From the NCBI GenBank assembly GCA_038058475.1, contig JBBUAW010000004.1, forward strand, positions 1 through 53,626: a stretch of DNA of 53,626 nt, written 5' to 3'. The notes beneath the pieces were generated by a model that was not told the origin of the DNA, ran no database searches, and saw only the letters and a program-made list of their open reading frames with translations. Below, piece after piece: positions 34,078 to 44,659 of the stretch (the first letter of the stretch is position 1; every line of letters starts with the position of its first letter). The position numbers and the translations under genes are program-made. The DNA is from Patescibacteria group bacterium (GTDB taxonomy: Bacteria > Patescibacteriota > Minisyncoccia > Phycocordibacterales > JACOZG01).

Positions 34078-34767
34078 TCATCTGGGAACAACTGCCTCGG
34101 CTTTCTTTGCCAGTGGATTCTGGTCAAAGAAAAGGGGAGCTTCCGGATCTTCTTCGCTGACCAACCCAAATCTGTGGTGCAGCAGATAGTGTGTTTTTTT
34201 AAATTCCTTAAGGAGTTCACGCCATTTTTGATCCAGAACTTCCCAGGGCACGTTGTCTACAGTGTCGTTTGGTGGTTTTTCATGTTGCTTTTTAGCCTCC
34301 GCCATTTCCATCACCGCCAACGCTTTTAGATAAAGAGTTCGGTGCGCCAACTCTTCCAACTCCCTTAATCCCATCCGGGCGATCACATAAAGAGTTTCGC
34401 CGGTCGTGGAAGAGAACTCTTCCAAATCTTCAACGAAACCGGTTCTGTCTCGAGTTGAATATAGCCAGGCGGCTAATAACAATAAAAAAAGAGTTAGTAC
34501 AGTTGAAAAAACAAGAAGAAATAAAATAATCTTACCACTCACCTCTTTCACGGGTTCCACATTTGGAATCAGACTTACAGCAAGCAACCACGAACAAAAA
34601 ATAAAAACTGATGACATCATACATCCAAAAGCAAAACCAACCCGCTTACTGACGGCAATTAACGGATCTTCTGAAAAAGATTCAAGCACATGTGATTGCC
34701 ACCGACGGCGCAAAACACCGGAAACCTCTCCGGCCTCATTCAATTTTAAAAGGTCTAATCGCGGCAT
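34078..34767 (-). CDS. Hypothetical 2-TM membrane protein (orphan-like)
   Basis: AAGGAG 7 nt before ATG; two hydrophobic segments; own terminator. Confidence 0.7.
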   Translation of the reverse strand: MPRLDLLKLNEAGEVSGVLRRRWQSHVLESFSEDPLIAVSKRVGFAFGCMMSSVFIFCSWLLAVSLIPNVEPVKEVSGKIILFLLVFSTVLTLFLLLLAAWLYSTRDRTGFVEDLEEFSSTTGETLYVIARMGLRELEELAHRTLYLKALAVMEMAEAKKQHEKPPNDTVDNVPWEVLDQKWRELLKEFKKTHYLLHHRFGLVSEEDPEAPLFFDQNPLAKKAEAVVPR

Positions 34768-34890
34768 TAAACATCTCCTTTTGTTTCGGACAAACTGAAC
34801 AACCTTGGACGATCTAGTTTAGATCTATCATATTAGGCAATTTTTGTCTAATAATTGGTAAAAATAAAGCGGGGAGAGTAGAATGACAAA

Positions 34891-36183
34891 ATGAGCGGAG
34901 AAAAATTCGTGATTCAGGGTTTGGCTGGAAAGAGGAAGTTAAACGGCGAAATTAAGACTAATGGTTCCAAAAACGACGCCGTACAGGCCATCGCCGCCGC
35001 CTTTCTTTTTCGCGACCGTTTGACTCTGACCAATCTGCCGGAAATTGACGATGTGGATAAAATGCTGATGCTCATCGCGCATCTCGGCGCGCGCGTCAAA
35101 CGAACGCCGCGGCAAGCCGCGATCACTGTTCCCGAACAAATACCCGTATTAAGGACTAATCTTGACACGGAACTGGCGCAGAAAATCCGGGCCTCCATTC
35201 TTTTACTTGGTCCATTGATTGGTCGTTATGGTGCCGTAACTTTTCCTCATCCCGGCGGCTGTGTCATCGGTGAGCGGCCGATTGATTTGTTTTTGAGCGG
35301 TTTCCGAACTTTAGGCGCGATGGTTAGCGAAACTGATCAAACCTACACCATTTCGGCGCCGCAAGGTTTGGTCGGCGCCGAAATTTTTTTTCGCAACATC
35401 AGTGTTACGGCGACCGAAACTTTTATTTTAGCCGCCGTGTTCGCGCGCGGCCAAACAGTGCTGAAAAATTGCGCCCTGGAACCGGAGATTGAAAACCTCG
35501 GCCGTTTTCTCGTCACTGTCGGTGCCAAGATTGATGGCCTCGGCACTTCTACAATCACAATTAACGGCACCGGATCGCTCACCAGTCAAGATCATCAATA
35601 CCAAATTTTACCCGATCGCATTGAAGCCGGCAGTTTTTTAATCCTCGGTGCATTGGCTGGAAAAAAAATCACTGTTACTAATTGCGAGCCAGTTCATCTT
35701 GAATCGTTGCTCCAACATTTAATCCTCGCGGGCGCTTCAATTGCGGTGAAAGAAAAAACTGTCACCGTCGCCGGTCCATCCCGCGGTGAACCATTACAGC
35801 CGCTAAATTTAAAAACTCACGAATACCCGGGTTTTCCCACCGACTTGCAAGCGCCGTTCGCTATTCTGCTCACTCAAGCCGCCGGTCACAGCGCGATTTT
35901 TGAAACTATTTTTGGCGGCCGGCTTTTGTATCTGGAAACGCTCAACCGCATGGGCGCCGAGACGAAAATTTTAAATCCCCACGAGGCGGCGATTGACGGA
36001 CCGACGCCGCTTAAAGGTCAAACAGCGGAAAGCCCCGATCTTCGCGCCGGCTTGGCTTATCTGCTTGCTGGCGTTATCGCCGCTGGCGAAACTATCATTC
36101 ATAACATCCATTACATTGATCGCGGTTACGAACGAATTGACGAGCGTTTACGCGTGCTGGGCGTGGCGATCAAACGTTGCTAG
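34891..36183 (+). CDS. murA: UDP-N-acetylglucosamine 1-carboxyvinyltransferase
   Basis: GSKND, IRAS, PGGCVIGERP, PDRIEAG, YPGFPTDLQ, DLRAG, IDRGYE. Confidence 0.97.
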   Translation: MSGEKFVIQGLAGKRKLNGEIKTNGSKNDAVQAIAAAFLFRDRLTLTNLPEIDDVDKMLMLIAHLGARVKRTPRQAAITVPEQIPVLRTNLDTELAQKIRASILLLGPLIGRYGAVTFPHPGGCVIGERPIDLFLSGFRTLGAMVSETDQTYTISAPQGLVGAEIFFRNISVTATETFILAAVFARGQTVLKNCALEPEIENLGRFLVTVGAKIDGLGTSTITINGTGSLTSQDHQYQILPDRIEAGSFLILGALAGKKITVTNCEPVHLESLLQHLILAGASIAVKEKTVTVAGPSRGEPLQPLNLKTHEYPGFPTDLQAPFAILLTQAAGHSAIFETIFGGRLLYLETLNRMGAETKILNPHEAAIDGPTPLKGQTAESPDLRAGLAYLLAGVIAAGETIIHNIHYIDRGYERIDERLRVLGVAIKRC

Positions 36184-36215
36184 TTATTTAATTCGGATTA
36201 TGTTAAATCAAGATT

Positions 36216-37229
36216 ATGCCGTTTTTTGCCAAAAAATTAGGAATTGATTTAGGCACCGCCAACTCATTGGTTTTTCTGCCCGGCCAAGGCATTGTTCTCA
36301 ATGAACCGTCGGTGGTGGCGATTGCCAAAGCGGATCGTCGCGTTTTGGCCGTCGGCGCCGAGGCGAAAGAAATGATCGGCAAAACGCCGGGCGGCATTAT
36401 CGCTTACCGGCCGATGAAAGACGGCGTCATCGCCGATTATCGCGTCACGGAAATTATGCTCCGTTATTACATCAGTAAAGCGCTTGGCCGCTTTAATATC
36501 TGGAAACCAGAAGTAATGATCTCGGTGCCAGCCGGCGTTACTTCCACCGAACGGCGAGCGGTAATTGAAGCGGCGATCAAAGCCGGCGCTAAAAACGCTT
36601 ACATCGTAAAAGAACCGATTCTCGCGGCCATTGGTGCCGGCGTGCCGATTCATGAGGCGCGCGGTCACATGATTATGGATCTCGGCGGCGGCACCACCGA
36701 TGTGGCGGTTATTTCGCTCGGCGGCATCGTCGCTTCCACTTCCGTCAAATGCGCCGGCAACCGGATTGACCAGGCGATTGCCGATCATATTAAAAAAACT
36801 TTTAATTTAGCCATCGGCGATAAAACCGCCGAGGAGGTGAAAATCGCCATCGGTTCGGCCGTGCCGGTAGAAGACGAACTGATTTATACGATCAAAGGCC
36901 GAGATTTGATGACCGGTTTGCCGCGGCTGGCGGAAATTAAAACCAATGAAATTGTGCGGGCGATAGATTGGGAATTGAAAGAAATTCTCACTGCGCTCAA
37001 AAATGTTTTTCAGGAAACGCCGCCGGAGCTGGCCGCCGACATTATTGATAACGGCATCATTATGACCGGCGGTTCGGCACTATTGCGAAATTTACCGGAG
37101 TTGATTTATCGGCAGATCGGCGTCAAAGCGATGGTGGCCGAGGATGCGCTTTTTTGCGTGGTAAAAGGAACCGGTGTCGCCCTTGATCACTTGGGAGTTT
37201 ATAAACGGTCAATTTTAGCCAAGCATTAA
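36216..37229 (+). CDS. mreB: Rod shape-determining protein MreB/Mbl, paralogue 1
   Basis: GIDLGTAN, EPSVVA, DLGGGTTD, TGGSALL. Confidence 0.95.
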   Translation: MPFFAKKLGIDLGTANSLVFLPGQGIVLNEPSVVAIAKADRRVLAVGAEAKEMIGKTPGGIIAYRPMKDGVIADYRVTEIMLRYYISKALGRFNIWKPEVMISVPAGVTSTERRAVIEAAIKAGAKNAYIVKEPILAAIGAGVPIHEARGHMIMDLGGGTTDVAVISLGGIVASTSVKCAGNRIDQAIADHIKKTFNLAIGDKTAEEVKIAIGSAVPVEDELIYTIKGRDLMTGLPRLAEIKTNEIVRAIDWELKEILTALKNVFQETPPELAADIIDNGIIMTGGSALLRNLPELIYRQIGVKAMVAEDALFCVVKGTGVALDHLGVYKRSILAKH

Positions 37230-37232
37230 CGT

Positions 37233-37895
37233 ATGGCCTTGAATCATCATGCTTATTTATTTATCGGCCCTCGTCACGCCGCCCTGGAGCAAATTGAAAA
37301 AATAATTACGGCGCACGGCCCGGCCGAGGTTCACCGTCATGAACAGGAAATCTGGAACATTGAAGACAGCCGGCAGGTGAGTGAAAGACAACAACTTAAA
37401 ACTTGGACGGATCAGCGAAAATTTTTTGTTATTGCCGTGGAGACGATGACCATACCGGCTCAACAAGCCCTGCTCAAAGTGCTGGAAGAACCGGCGCCGC
37501 AAACGCATTTTATGATTGTTTGCCGCGAGTCGAATGACCTTTTACCGACCCTTCGCTCGCGCTGTCAGCTCTGTCAGGTAACGACGCGCGCCGTTGATGA
37601 AAACGCTCTGGATATTAAATGGGCAAAAAATTTTTTTGCGACCCAGCCGGATCAACGGTTATCATTGATCGCTGAATTAACCTTAACCGAGGAAGGAAAA
37701 ATTGACCGGCGCCAGGCGAGACGACGGGCGGAAGCTTTGGAATTAATTTGTCACGACTATCTCTTGACGAAACCAACGCCAGAATTAGCTGAAGCATTAA
37801 AGGCCATCAGTCAAGCGCGTAATTATTTAGCCGACCAGTCCAGTCTCCCCAAATTAATTTTTGAACATCTGGCGCTGGTATTGCCGATTTTATAA
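37233..37895 (+). CDS. holB: DNA polymerase III delta' subunit-like (short)
   Basis: HAYLFIG, AQQALLKVLEEP, LLPTLRSRC. Confidence 0.8.
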   Translation: MALNHHAYLFIGPRHAALEQIEKIITAHGPAEVHRHEQEIWNIEDSRQVSERQQLKTWTDQRKFFVIAVETMTIPAQQALLKVLEEPAPQTHFMIVCRESNDLLPTLRSRCQLCQVTTRAVDENALDIKWAKNFFATQPDQRLSLIAELTLTEEGKIDRRQARRRAEALELICHDYLLTKPTPELAEALKAISQARNYLADQSSLPKLIFEHLALVLPIL

Positions 37896-37918
37896 AAATT
37901 TTATGATATAATATAAAA

Positions 37919-38470
37919 ATGTCTTACAATTTTACGCCAATTAAAAATCAAGGAAAAGAAATCGCGGAGAATTTAAAACGGGAATTAGCCAGCATTCGCA
38001 CCGGCCGCGCGACACCAGTCTTACTTGACGGCATTATGGTTAATGTTTATGCCAGTCGTTTGCCCCTGAAGAATCTCGCCGCCGTGGTGATTGAAGACGC
38101 GCGGACGTTGCGTCTGAATCCGTGGGATAAAAATCAAATTAAAGACATTGAGGCGGCGATTGCCGCTGCCAATCTTGGCGTTTCCATCACGACAGATGAA
38201 GCTGGTTTCCGAATTATTTTTTCGGAATTGACTGCCGAGAGCCGGGGAAAATTAGTGAAAGTGGTAAAAGGGAAATTGGAAGAAGCGCGAAATGCTCTGC
38301 GCCAGGCGCGAGACAAGGCTTGGAGTGAAATTCAAAAAAACGAACGGGAAAAGAAAATTTCCGAAGACGACAAGTTCCGCTTCAAAGACGAATTGCAAAA
38401 AATCATTGATCAGGAAAATAAAAACTTTGAGTTATTGATTGAAAAGAAAGAGAAGGAAATTTTGAACTGA
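37919..38470 (+). CDS. frr: Ribosome recycling factor
   Basis: IRTGRATP, ISEDDK, KKEKEIL. Confidence 0.96.
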   Translation: MSYNFTPIKNQGKEIAENLKRELASIRTGRATPVLLDGIMVNVYASRLPLKNLAAVVIEDARTLRLNPWDKNQIKDIEAAIAAANLGVSITTDEAGFRIIFSELTAESRGKLVKVVKGKLEEARNALRQARDKAWSEIQKNEREKKISEDDKFRFKDELQKIIDQENKNFELLIEKKEKEILN

Positions 38471-38472
38471 TT

Positions 38473-39588
38473 ATGACCGTCATTATTTTTCTCATCGTTT
38501 TAGGCATACTAATTTTTTCGCACGAACTTGGGCATTTTTTGGCGGCCAAGCGCGCCGGCGTGCGCGTGGATGAATTTGGTCTGGGCTTTCCACCGCGGCT
38601 TATCGGCTGGCGGCGCGGCGGGACGCTTTATTCGTTAAATATTATTCCCTTCGGCGGTTTCGTTAAAATTTATGGCGAAGATCCCGAAGAAGTGAAAACA
38701 GATTCCAGTTCCTCAGTTTCCCTGATTGCCAAAAGTAAATGGACTCAAGCCTTAATTTTGGCCGCCGGAATAGTTTTTAATCTGCTTTTAGCTTGGTTGT
38801 TACTTACCGTGGCGCTTTCAACAACCGGTTTGCCACTTAGTGCTGAAGCGGTTCCAACCGGTTACCAGATTCGCAATCCGCAATTAACCGTTGTGCAAGT
38901 AGCGCCCGACTCGCCAGCGGCTAAAGCCGGCTTAAAACCGGGCGATGTGGTTGTTTCGCTTCGCGCCGGCGCCGAGGCCATCGCGCCGACCACCGCGCCA
39001 GAAGTGCAGAATTTTACCGCTAATCGCGCCGATCAAGAAATCACCATCGGTTTTATCCAACCAGCGGCGAAACAAAAAACTTTTATCACCGAACGGGCGG
39101 TAACGCCGGCGCTCGGTTTAACGCCCGGGCGCGCGGCTATCGGCTTGGGTTTGGATGTTGTTGGCCAGCTTAAATTATCACTGCCGCGCGCCATTGTGGC
39201 CGGCGGCCAAATGTTTGCCAAACTGACCTTTTTAACCGCTCAAGGTTTAATCAAACTGGTGGCCGATTTGTTCCGCGGCGAAAAACAACTTTTGAACCAA
39301 GTCGTTGGGCCGATCGGTTTGGCTTCACTCGTTGGCACCGCTTCCAATTTAGGATTCGGTTACTTATTGTTTTTTATTGCCGTCATTTCCATCAATTTGG
39401 CCTTATTAAATTTATTGCCTCTGCCGGCGCTCGACGGCGGCCGCTTACTTTTTTTGTTGATTGAAGCCATTAAAGGTTCGCCGATTAAACCGCCAGCGGT
39501 TCATTGGCTCAATTTAGCCGGCTTTGCTATGTTGATTCTCCTGATGATTTTCGTGACTTATCATGATCTGCAAAAATTCATTTTTTAA
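38473..39588 (+). CDS. rseP: RIP metalloprotease RseP (M50 plus PDZ)
   Basis: HELGH, FGLGFPP, PDZ SPAAKAGLKPGD, NLLPLPALDGG. Confidence 0.94.
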   Translation: MTVIIFLIVLGILIFSHELGHFLAAKRAGVRVDEFGLGFPPRLIGWRRGGTLYSLNIIPFGGFVKIYGEDPEEVKTDSSSSVSLIAKSKWTQALILAAGIVFNLLLAWLLLTVALSTTGLPLSAEAVPTGYQIRNPQLTVVQVAPDSPAAKAGLKPGDVVVSLRAGAEAIAPTTAPEVQNFTANRADQEITIGFIQPAAKQKTFITERAVTPALGLTPGRAAIGLGLDVVGQLKLSLPRAIVAGGQMFAKLTFLTAQGLIKLVADLFRGEKQLLNQVVGPIGLASLVGTASNLGFGYLLFFIAVISINLALLNLLPLPALDGGRLLFLLIEAIKGSPIKPPAVHWLNLAGFAMLILLMIFVTYHDLQKFIF

Positions 39589-39640
39589 TCGTCAAAATAA
39601 ATTGGACAAGATTGAGATTTTGACCTAACATACCAACTAT

Positions 39641-40885
39641 ATGCGGCAGTCGGAACTTTTTACCCAACCGCGGCGCGAAGCGCCGGCCGATGAAGTAGCG
39701 ACGAACGCGAAACTTTTGGTCCGCGCCGGTTTTATTCACAAGGAAATGGCCGGAGTTTATTCTTTCTTGCCGCTTGGTTGGCGGGTTTTGCAAAAACTGG
39801 AAAATTTGATTCGTCAAGAAATACTAACTCTCGGAGCCCAAGAAATACTGATGCCGGCCCTGCAACCGAAAGAAAATTGGCAAACTACCGGCCGCTGGGA
39901 TAAAATGACCGATTTGTACAAACTCCGCGACCGCAGTGAACGGGAACTGGCTCTCGGTCCGACGCATGAAGAAATTATCACGCCGCTCGTCAAGAATTAT
40001 CTCAATTCCTACCAAGATCTGCCTTTGTCGGTTTTTCAATTTCAAACCAAATTTCGAATGGAACCGCGCGCCAAGTCGGGTTTGTTGCGCGGCCGCGAAT
40101 TTTTAATGAAAGATCTTTATTCTTTTCATCGCGACGAAACCGATTTACAGCATTTTTATGATTTGGTAACAGTCGCCTATAAAAGAATATTTGAAATCTT
40201 GGGCCTGACCGAAAAAACCTATTTAACCCTGGCCGCCGGCGGCACTTTTGCCGAATTTTCTCATGAGTTTCAAGTCTTAACGCCCGCCGGTGAAGATTCA
40301 ATTCGTCTCTGCAAGTCTTGCCATTTGGCCGTCAATGAAGAGATTTTTGATCGGAAAAATAATTGTCCGGGTTGCGGCACCCAAAAATTGGAATCTGAAA
40401 CGGCAATTGAGGTGGCTAATATTTTTAAGTTAGGCACCAATTTTAGCCAGGTTTTCAATTTAACCTATCGCGACGAAACTGGCGTTAATCAACCGATGAT
40501 TATGGGTTGTTACGGTTTGGGAGTGAGTCGGCTAATGGGAGCGCTCGTTGAAATTTTGTCGGATGAACGCGGTTTAGTCTGGCCTGAAGCGGCAGCGCCG
40601 TTCCCGATTCATTTACTATCCCTCGGCCTGGCCGATGGCCCGGCCGCGCGCGCGGCCGGACCGTTGTATGAGCGACTAATCAAACTCGGCCGCGAAGTTT
40701 TTTGGGATGACCGGCGGGAAATTTCCGCCGGCGAAAAATTTGCCGCCGCCGATCTTGTGGGCTTGCCTTACCAAGCGATCATTTCGGATAAGACGTTAGC
40801 GGCCGGAAAAATCGAGTTAATTAAACGGTCAACCGGCGAAAAAAGTTTTTTAACCGAAGACGAATTATGCGCTTGGCTTGGTTAG
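39641..40885 (+). CDS. proS: Proline-tRNA ligase (short type lacking the INS editing domain)
   Basis: MRQSELF, LGPTHEE, GLLRGREFLMKDLYSF, MGCYGLGVSR. Confidence 0.95.
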   Translation: MRQSELFTQPRREAPADEVATNAKLLVRAGFIHKEMAGVYSFLPLGWRVLQKLENLIRQEILTLGAQEILMPALQPKENWQTTGRWDKMTDLYKLRDRSERELALGPTHEEIITPLVKNYLNSYQDLPLSVFQFQTKFRMEPRAKSGLLRGREFLMKDLYSFHRDETDLQHFYDLVTVAYKRIFEILGLTEKTYLTLAAGGTFAEFSHEFQVLTPAGEDSIRLCKSCHLAVNEEIFDRKNNCPGCGTQKLESETAIEVANIFKLGTNFSQVFNLTYRDETGVNQPMIMGCYGLGVSRLMGALVEILSDERGLVWPEAAAPFPIHLLSLGLADGPAARAAGPLYERLIKLGREVFWDDRREISAGEKFAAADLVGLPYQAIISDKTLAAGKIELIKRSTGEKSFLTEDELCAWLG

Positions 40886-41928
40886 ATCATTTATACGAAT
40901 CTTTTTCTCACGCGGTGGGAATAGATTTGGGCACGGCCAATACTTTAATTTATGTCAAAGGCCGCGGCATTATTATTTCGGAACCGACAATTGTGGCCAT
41001 CAATCGAAAAACCGATCGGATTGTGGCCGTTGGTAACGACGCAAAACAAATGCTCGGTCGCACCCCGGCACACATTGAAATTATCCGCCCTTTAGTTGAC
41101 GGCGTGATTTCCAATTTTGAAGTCGCTCAAGAAATGCTCGCCTATTTTTTGAAACGGGTAGCCCAATTAAGACCGCGAAAGTTCTTCCGACCACAAGTGG
41201 TGATCGGCGTTCCTTCGGGTATTACTAATGTGGAAGTTCGGGCGGTGCGCGACGCCGCCCGGCAGGCCGGCGCGCGGACGGTCCAGATCGTGGAAGAACC
41301 GATGGCCGCCGCGATCGGCATCCGTTTGCCGGTCCGGGAACCGGTGGGTAATCTGATTGTTGATCTCGGTGGCGGCACGACCGACATCGCCGTCATTTCA
41401 TTGGGTGGAATTGTTCGTTCAAAAAATTTGCGCGTGGCCGGCGACCGTTTCAATCGAGACATTATTTTTTATGTGCGCGACGAATTTAAAATTCTCTTGG
41501 GCGAGAAAACCGCTGAGGAAGTAAAAATCGCCATTGGTTCAGTGTGGACCAGAGTGGAAACCCTGGAAGCAACCATTCGCGGACGCGATTTGGTTACCGG
41601 CTTGCCGAAAGAAGCGGTGATTACCGATACCGACGTGCGAGAAGCCGTTAATTTAGCCGTCAGAAACTTAATCACGGCGATTAAAGAAGTGTTAGAAACG
41701 ACGCCGCCGGAAGTCGTCTCCGACATTATGCATAAGGGAATAATTCTAGTCGGCGGCGGCGCGACCCTCAATGGTTTGCGGGAATTATTGAATTATGAAT
41801 TGAAAATTCCCGTGACTATCGCCGACGATCCGATGACTGCCGTGGTTCGCGGCACCGGTATTATTTTGGAAAATCTGGACCACTATCGCGATTTACTTTT
41901 GCCTGATGAAGATGAATTACCGCGCTAA
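40867..41928 (+). CDS. mreB: Rod shape-determining protein MreB, paralogue 2 (in the mre operon)
   Basis: GIDLGTANT, EEPMAAAIG, DLGGGTTD. Confidence 0.95.
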   Translation: MRLAWLDHLYESFSHAVGIDLGTANTLIYVKGRGIIISEPTIVAINRKTDRIVAVGNDAKQMLGRTPAHIEIIRPLVDGVISNFEVAQEMLAYFLKRVAQLRPRKFFRPQVVIGVPSGITNVEVRAVRDAARQAGARTVQIVEEPMAAAIGIRLPVREPVGNLIVDLGGGTTDIAVISLGGIVRSKNLRVAGDRFNRDIIFYVRDEFKILLGEKTAEEVKIAIGSVWTRVETLEATIRGRDLVTGLPKEAVITDTDVREAVNLAVRNLITAIKEVLETTPPEVVSDIMHKGIILVGGGATLNGLRELLNYELKIPVTIADDPMTAVVRGTGIILENLDHYRDLLLPDEDELPR

Positions 41929-42721
41929 TTTTTTCGGTCAGCGTTTTTTTCGTTCGCCGATCGCTATTTTTTTATTTGGTCTGGTGCTAGTTTGGTTATT
42001 CAGCCGTCCCATTATTTATCGGCTGGGGGAACAGGCAGTTTTAACTCTCGCTCGACCGTTTTGGTCCTTGGGCGCTACCGGTCTCAACGCGCTCGGCCGC
42101 ACTAAATATTTTTTTTCCAGTCGCACGGAATTAATTAATGAGATTGAACGATTAAATAAAACCGTCGCCAAATTTAGGGCAGTTGATTTGGAACGCCAAC
42201 GGTTGACGTTGGATAATCAAGCGCTCCGCAAAATCTTTAACCGGTTGAGTCCGCCGCCGCGGCCGGTGACGATCGCGCGGGTGCTTACTCGTTCAAATCA
42301 ATCGCCAACCGGTGTGATTATTGCCGATATTGGATCAGAGACTGCCGATATTTTGCCGCAGCCGGGCGATTTAGTGGTGAGCGAAACCACAACCATCGGC
42401 GAAATATCGGCGGTTTACGCGCGTACGGTTAAAATTGAACTGTATTCCGGTTGGGGTAAAAAACTTGAAGTGTTGATCGGACCGGACCGTGTCGCCGCCG
42501 AAGCCCGCGGCCGCGGCGGCGGCAATTATATTGTTTCGCTGCCGCGCGATTTGACACTTAAAATCGGCGATCCAATTTTTATTATTCGCGATACGGAGGA
42601 ATATCTATTGGGTGAAATTCAAATCATTAATCGCGATCCGGTCAACGCTTTTCAAGAAATTTTATTTCGCAGTCCGGTCAATTTAGAATTACTATCATGG
42701 TTGGAAATTCATGGTTCGTAA
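41906..42721 (+). CDS. mreC: Rod shape-determining protein MreC
   Basis: TM, coiled coil (DNQALRK), beta domain; follows mreB. Confidence 0.87.
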   Translation: MKMNYRANFFGQRFFRSPIAIFLFGLVLVWLFSRPIIYRLGEQAVLTLARPFWSLGATGLNALGRTKYFFSSRTELINEIERLNKTVAKFRAVDLERQRLTLDNQALRKIFNRLSPPPRPVTIARVLTRSNQSPTGVIIADIGSETADILPQPGDLVVSETTTIGEISAVYARTVKIELYSGWGKKLEVLIGPDRVAAEARGRGGGNYIVSLPRDLTLKIGDPIFIIRDTEEYLLGEIQIINRDPVNAFQEILFRSPVNLELLSWLEIHGS

Positions 42722-42974
42722 AATATTTTATTTGATCATCATCTTCGGTGTCGTTCTCTTTTTGCCTTGGCCTTTGGCCCTCGGCGCGATTATTATTTCG
42801 ACAATAATGATTAAACCGATTTACGGCACCTTGGCCGCGGCCTTGCTTTTTGATTGGGCTTATGGCAAAAATGGCCATCTCATGATCGGCCTATTAACAA
42901 TGGTCGGAGTCTTAATAGTTGTTTTTATCAGCCGCCAATTTATCAGATTTGATCGATTAAAAAATGATTATTGA
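42711..42974 (+). CDS. Small membrane protein at the mreD position
   Basis: 87 aa, almost all hydrophobic; overlaps mreC and mrdA. Confidence 0.65.
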   Translation: MVRKIFYLIIIFGVVLFLPWPLALGAIIISTIMIKPIYGTLAAALLFDWAYGKNGHLMIGLLTMVGVLIVVFISRQFIRFDRLKNDY

Positions 42975-44637
42975 TCCGGATGAAATTTTTCTTGATGCTT
43001 ACAATTTGCCGGCTTTTGACCGCCAGCAGTTTGAAGGCGAACTGGAACAGCCAATTAAAAAATCCGCCGTTTTTATTTTAACAATGGTTTTCGTCTTGAT
43101 TGTTCTAGTTTTTTTTGGCCGCACTTATTATTTACAAATAATCAACGGTCAAACCTTTGCCACGCGCAGCGCTACTAACACTCTGCGCCAGACCCAACTT
43201 TTCCCGGAACGGGGGGTAATTTATGATCGCTGGGGGCAAGAATTAGTTTGGAACAATCCGGAACGGACTTATCTCTCCACGACCGGTTTCGCTCATCTTT
43301 TGGGTTATGTCGGTTATCCGTCCGCCGATGAATTATCAGTTTATAATTTTGATCCACGCGAACTGATCGGCCGCGATGGTGCGGAGAAAACTTACAATCA
43401 ACGTCTACTCGGTCAAAAAGGCACCCTGATTGAAGAAGTGGATGCTTACGGAAAAATTCAATCTTCCTATTCTTTGCGGCCGCCGCAAATTGGCGAAAGT
43501 CTGTATCTGTCAATTGATGCGCGCTTGCAGAATAAATTATTTGAACTGATTAAAACTCTAGCTCACGAGCGCGGTTTTGCCGGTGGCGCCGGCGTCATTC
43601 TTGACGTAAAAAATGGTGAATTATTGACTTTAGTTAGCTATCCAGAATACGCCCCGCAAGTGATCGCGCGCGGGGAAGATAATGAAACGATTAAACGTTG
43701 GTTTACCGATCCGGCCAAACCATTTTTAAATCGCGCCATCGCCGGCCTGTACGCGCCCGGTTCAACTATTAAACCGCTTATTGCCGTCGGGGCGCTGAAT
43801 GAAGGAGTGATCACGCTTGACAAGAAAATCACCAGTACCGGCACTTTGGTCGTCCCTAATCCTTATGTACCGGATCGGCCATCAATTTTCCGCGATTGGA
43901 AGGCGCACGGCGCCACTGATTTGCGCGAAGCGCTGGCTGTCTCTTCCGATGTGTATTTTTATGAGGTCGGCGGCGGCTTTGAGGATCAACCGGGACTTGG
44001 AATTGCCCGCATTGATCAATATGCCAAAGCTTTTGGTTTAGGAACGCCGACTGGCATTAATTGGCCGACCGAAAAAGCGGGAGTCATTCCCACGCCGGAC
44101 TGGAAAGCAAAATTTTTTCCCGGCGATCCGTGGCGGGTCGGTGATACTTACCACACTGCCATCGGCCAATATGGTTTTCAAGTGACGCCGTTACAAATGG
44201 CTCGGGCGATCGCGGCGATCGCCAATGGCGGTTACTTAATCACTCCGACTATATTAGCCGCCAGTTCCACTATCGTCCTGCCTAAATCGCGTTTAATTGA
44301 AATTCCAATTAAACCGGAAGTTTTTCCAATCGTGCGTGAAGGTTTGCGACTAGCCGTAACCAATGGCACAGCCGGAGGATTGAATGTTCCTTATGTTGAC
44401 ATTGCCGCCAAAACCGGTACGGCCGAACTAGGCACGACCAAAGAAGCCGTAAACTCTTGGGTGATTGGTTTCTTTCCTTATGATCAACCACGTTACGCTT
44501 TTGCCGTGACCATGGAGCGCGGTCACCGAGAAAACACCGTCGGCGGCGTTTTTATTATGCGTCAATTTTTTGATTGGTTGGCCGACACCGCACCGGAGTA
44601 TTTAAAAAGTATTTCTCAAGTTGACGCCGCCGATTAA
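42964..44637 (+). CDS. mrdA: Penicillin-binding protein 2
   Basis: RGVIYDR, PGSTIK (SxxK), SSD, KTGTAE. Confidence 0.92.
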   Translation: MIIDPDEIFLDAYNLPAFDRQQFEGELEQPIKKSAVFILTMVFVLIVLVFFGRTYYLQIINGQTFATRSATNTLRQTQLFPERGVIYDRWGQELVWNNPERTYLSTTGFAHLLGYVGYPSADELSVYNFDPRELIGRDGAEKTYNQRLLGQKGTLIEEVDAYGKIQSSYSLRPPQIGESLYLSIDARLQNKLFELIKTLAHERGFAGGAGVILDVKNGELLTLVSYPEYAPQVIARGEDNETIKRWFTDPAKPFLNRAIAGLYAPGSTIKPLIAVGALNEGVITLDKKITSTGTLVVPNPYVPDRPSIFRDWKAHGATDLREALAVSSDVYFYEVGGGFEDQPGLGIARIDQYAKAFGLGTPTGINWPTEKAGVIPTPDWKAKFFPGDPWRVGDTYHTAIGQYGFQVTPLQMARAIAAIANGGYLITPTILAASSTIVLPKSRLIEIPIKPEVFPIVREGLRLAVTNGTAGGLNVPYVDIAAKTGTAELGTTKEAVNSWVIGFFPYDQPRYAFAVTMERGHRENTVGGVFIMRQFFDWLADTAPEYLKSISQVDAAD

Positions 44638-44659
44638 AAAAGATACGATATTGGATTAA

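Noticed and set aside
36216-41928. Two mreB genes as a novelty or assembly duplication
   Set aside because: The copies are clearly diverged, and multiple MreB paralogues are common.
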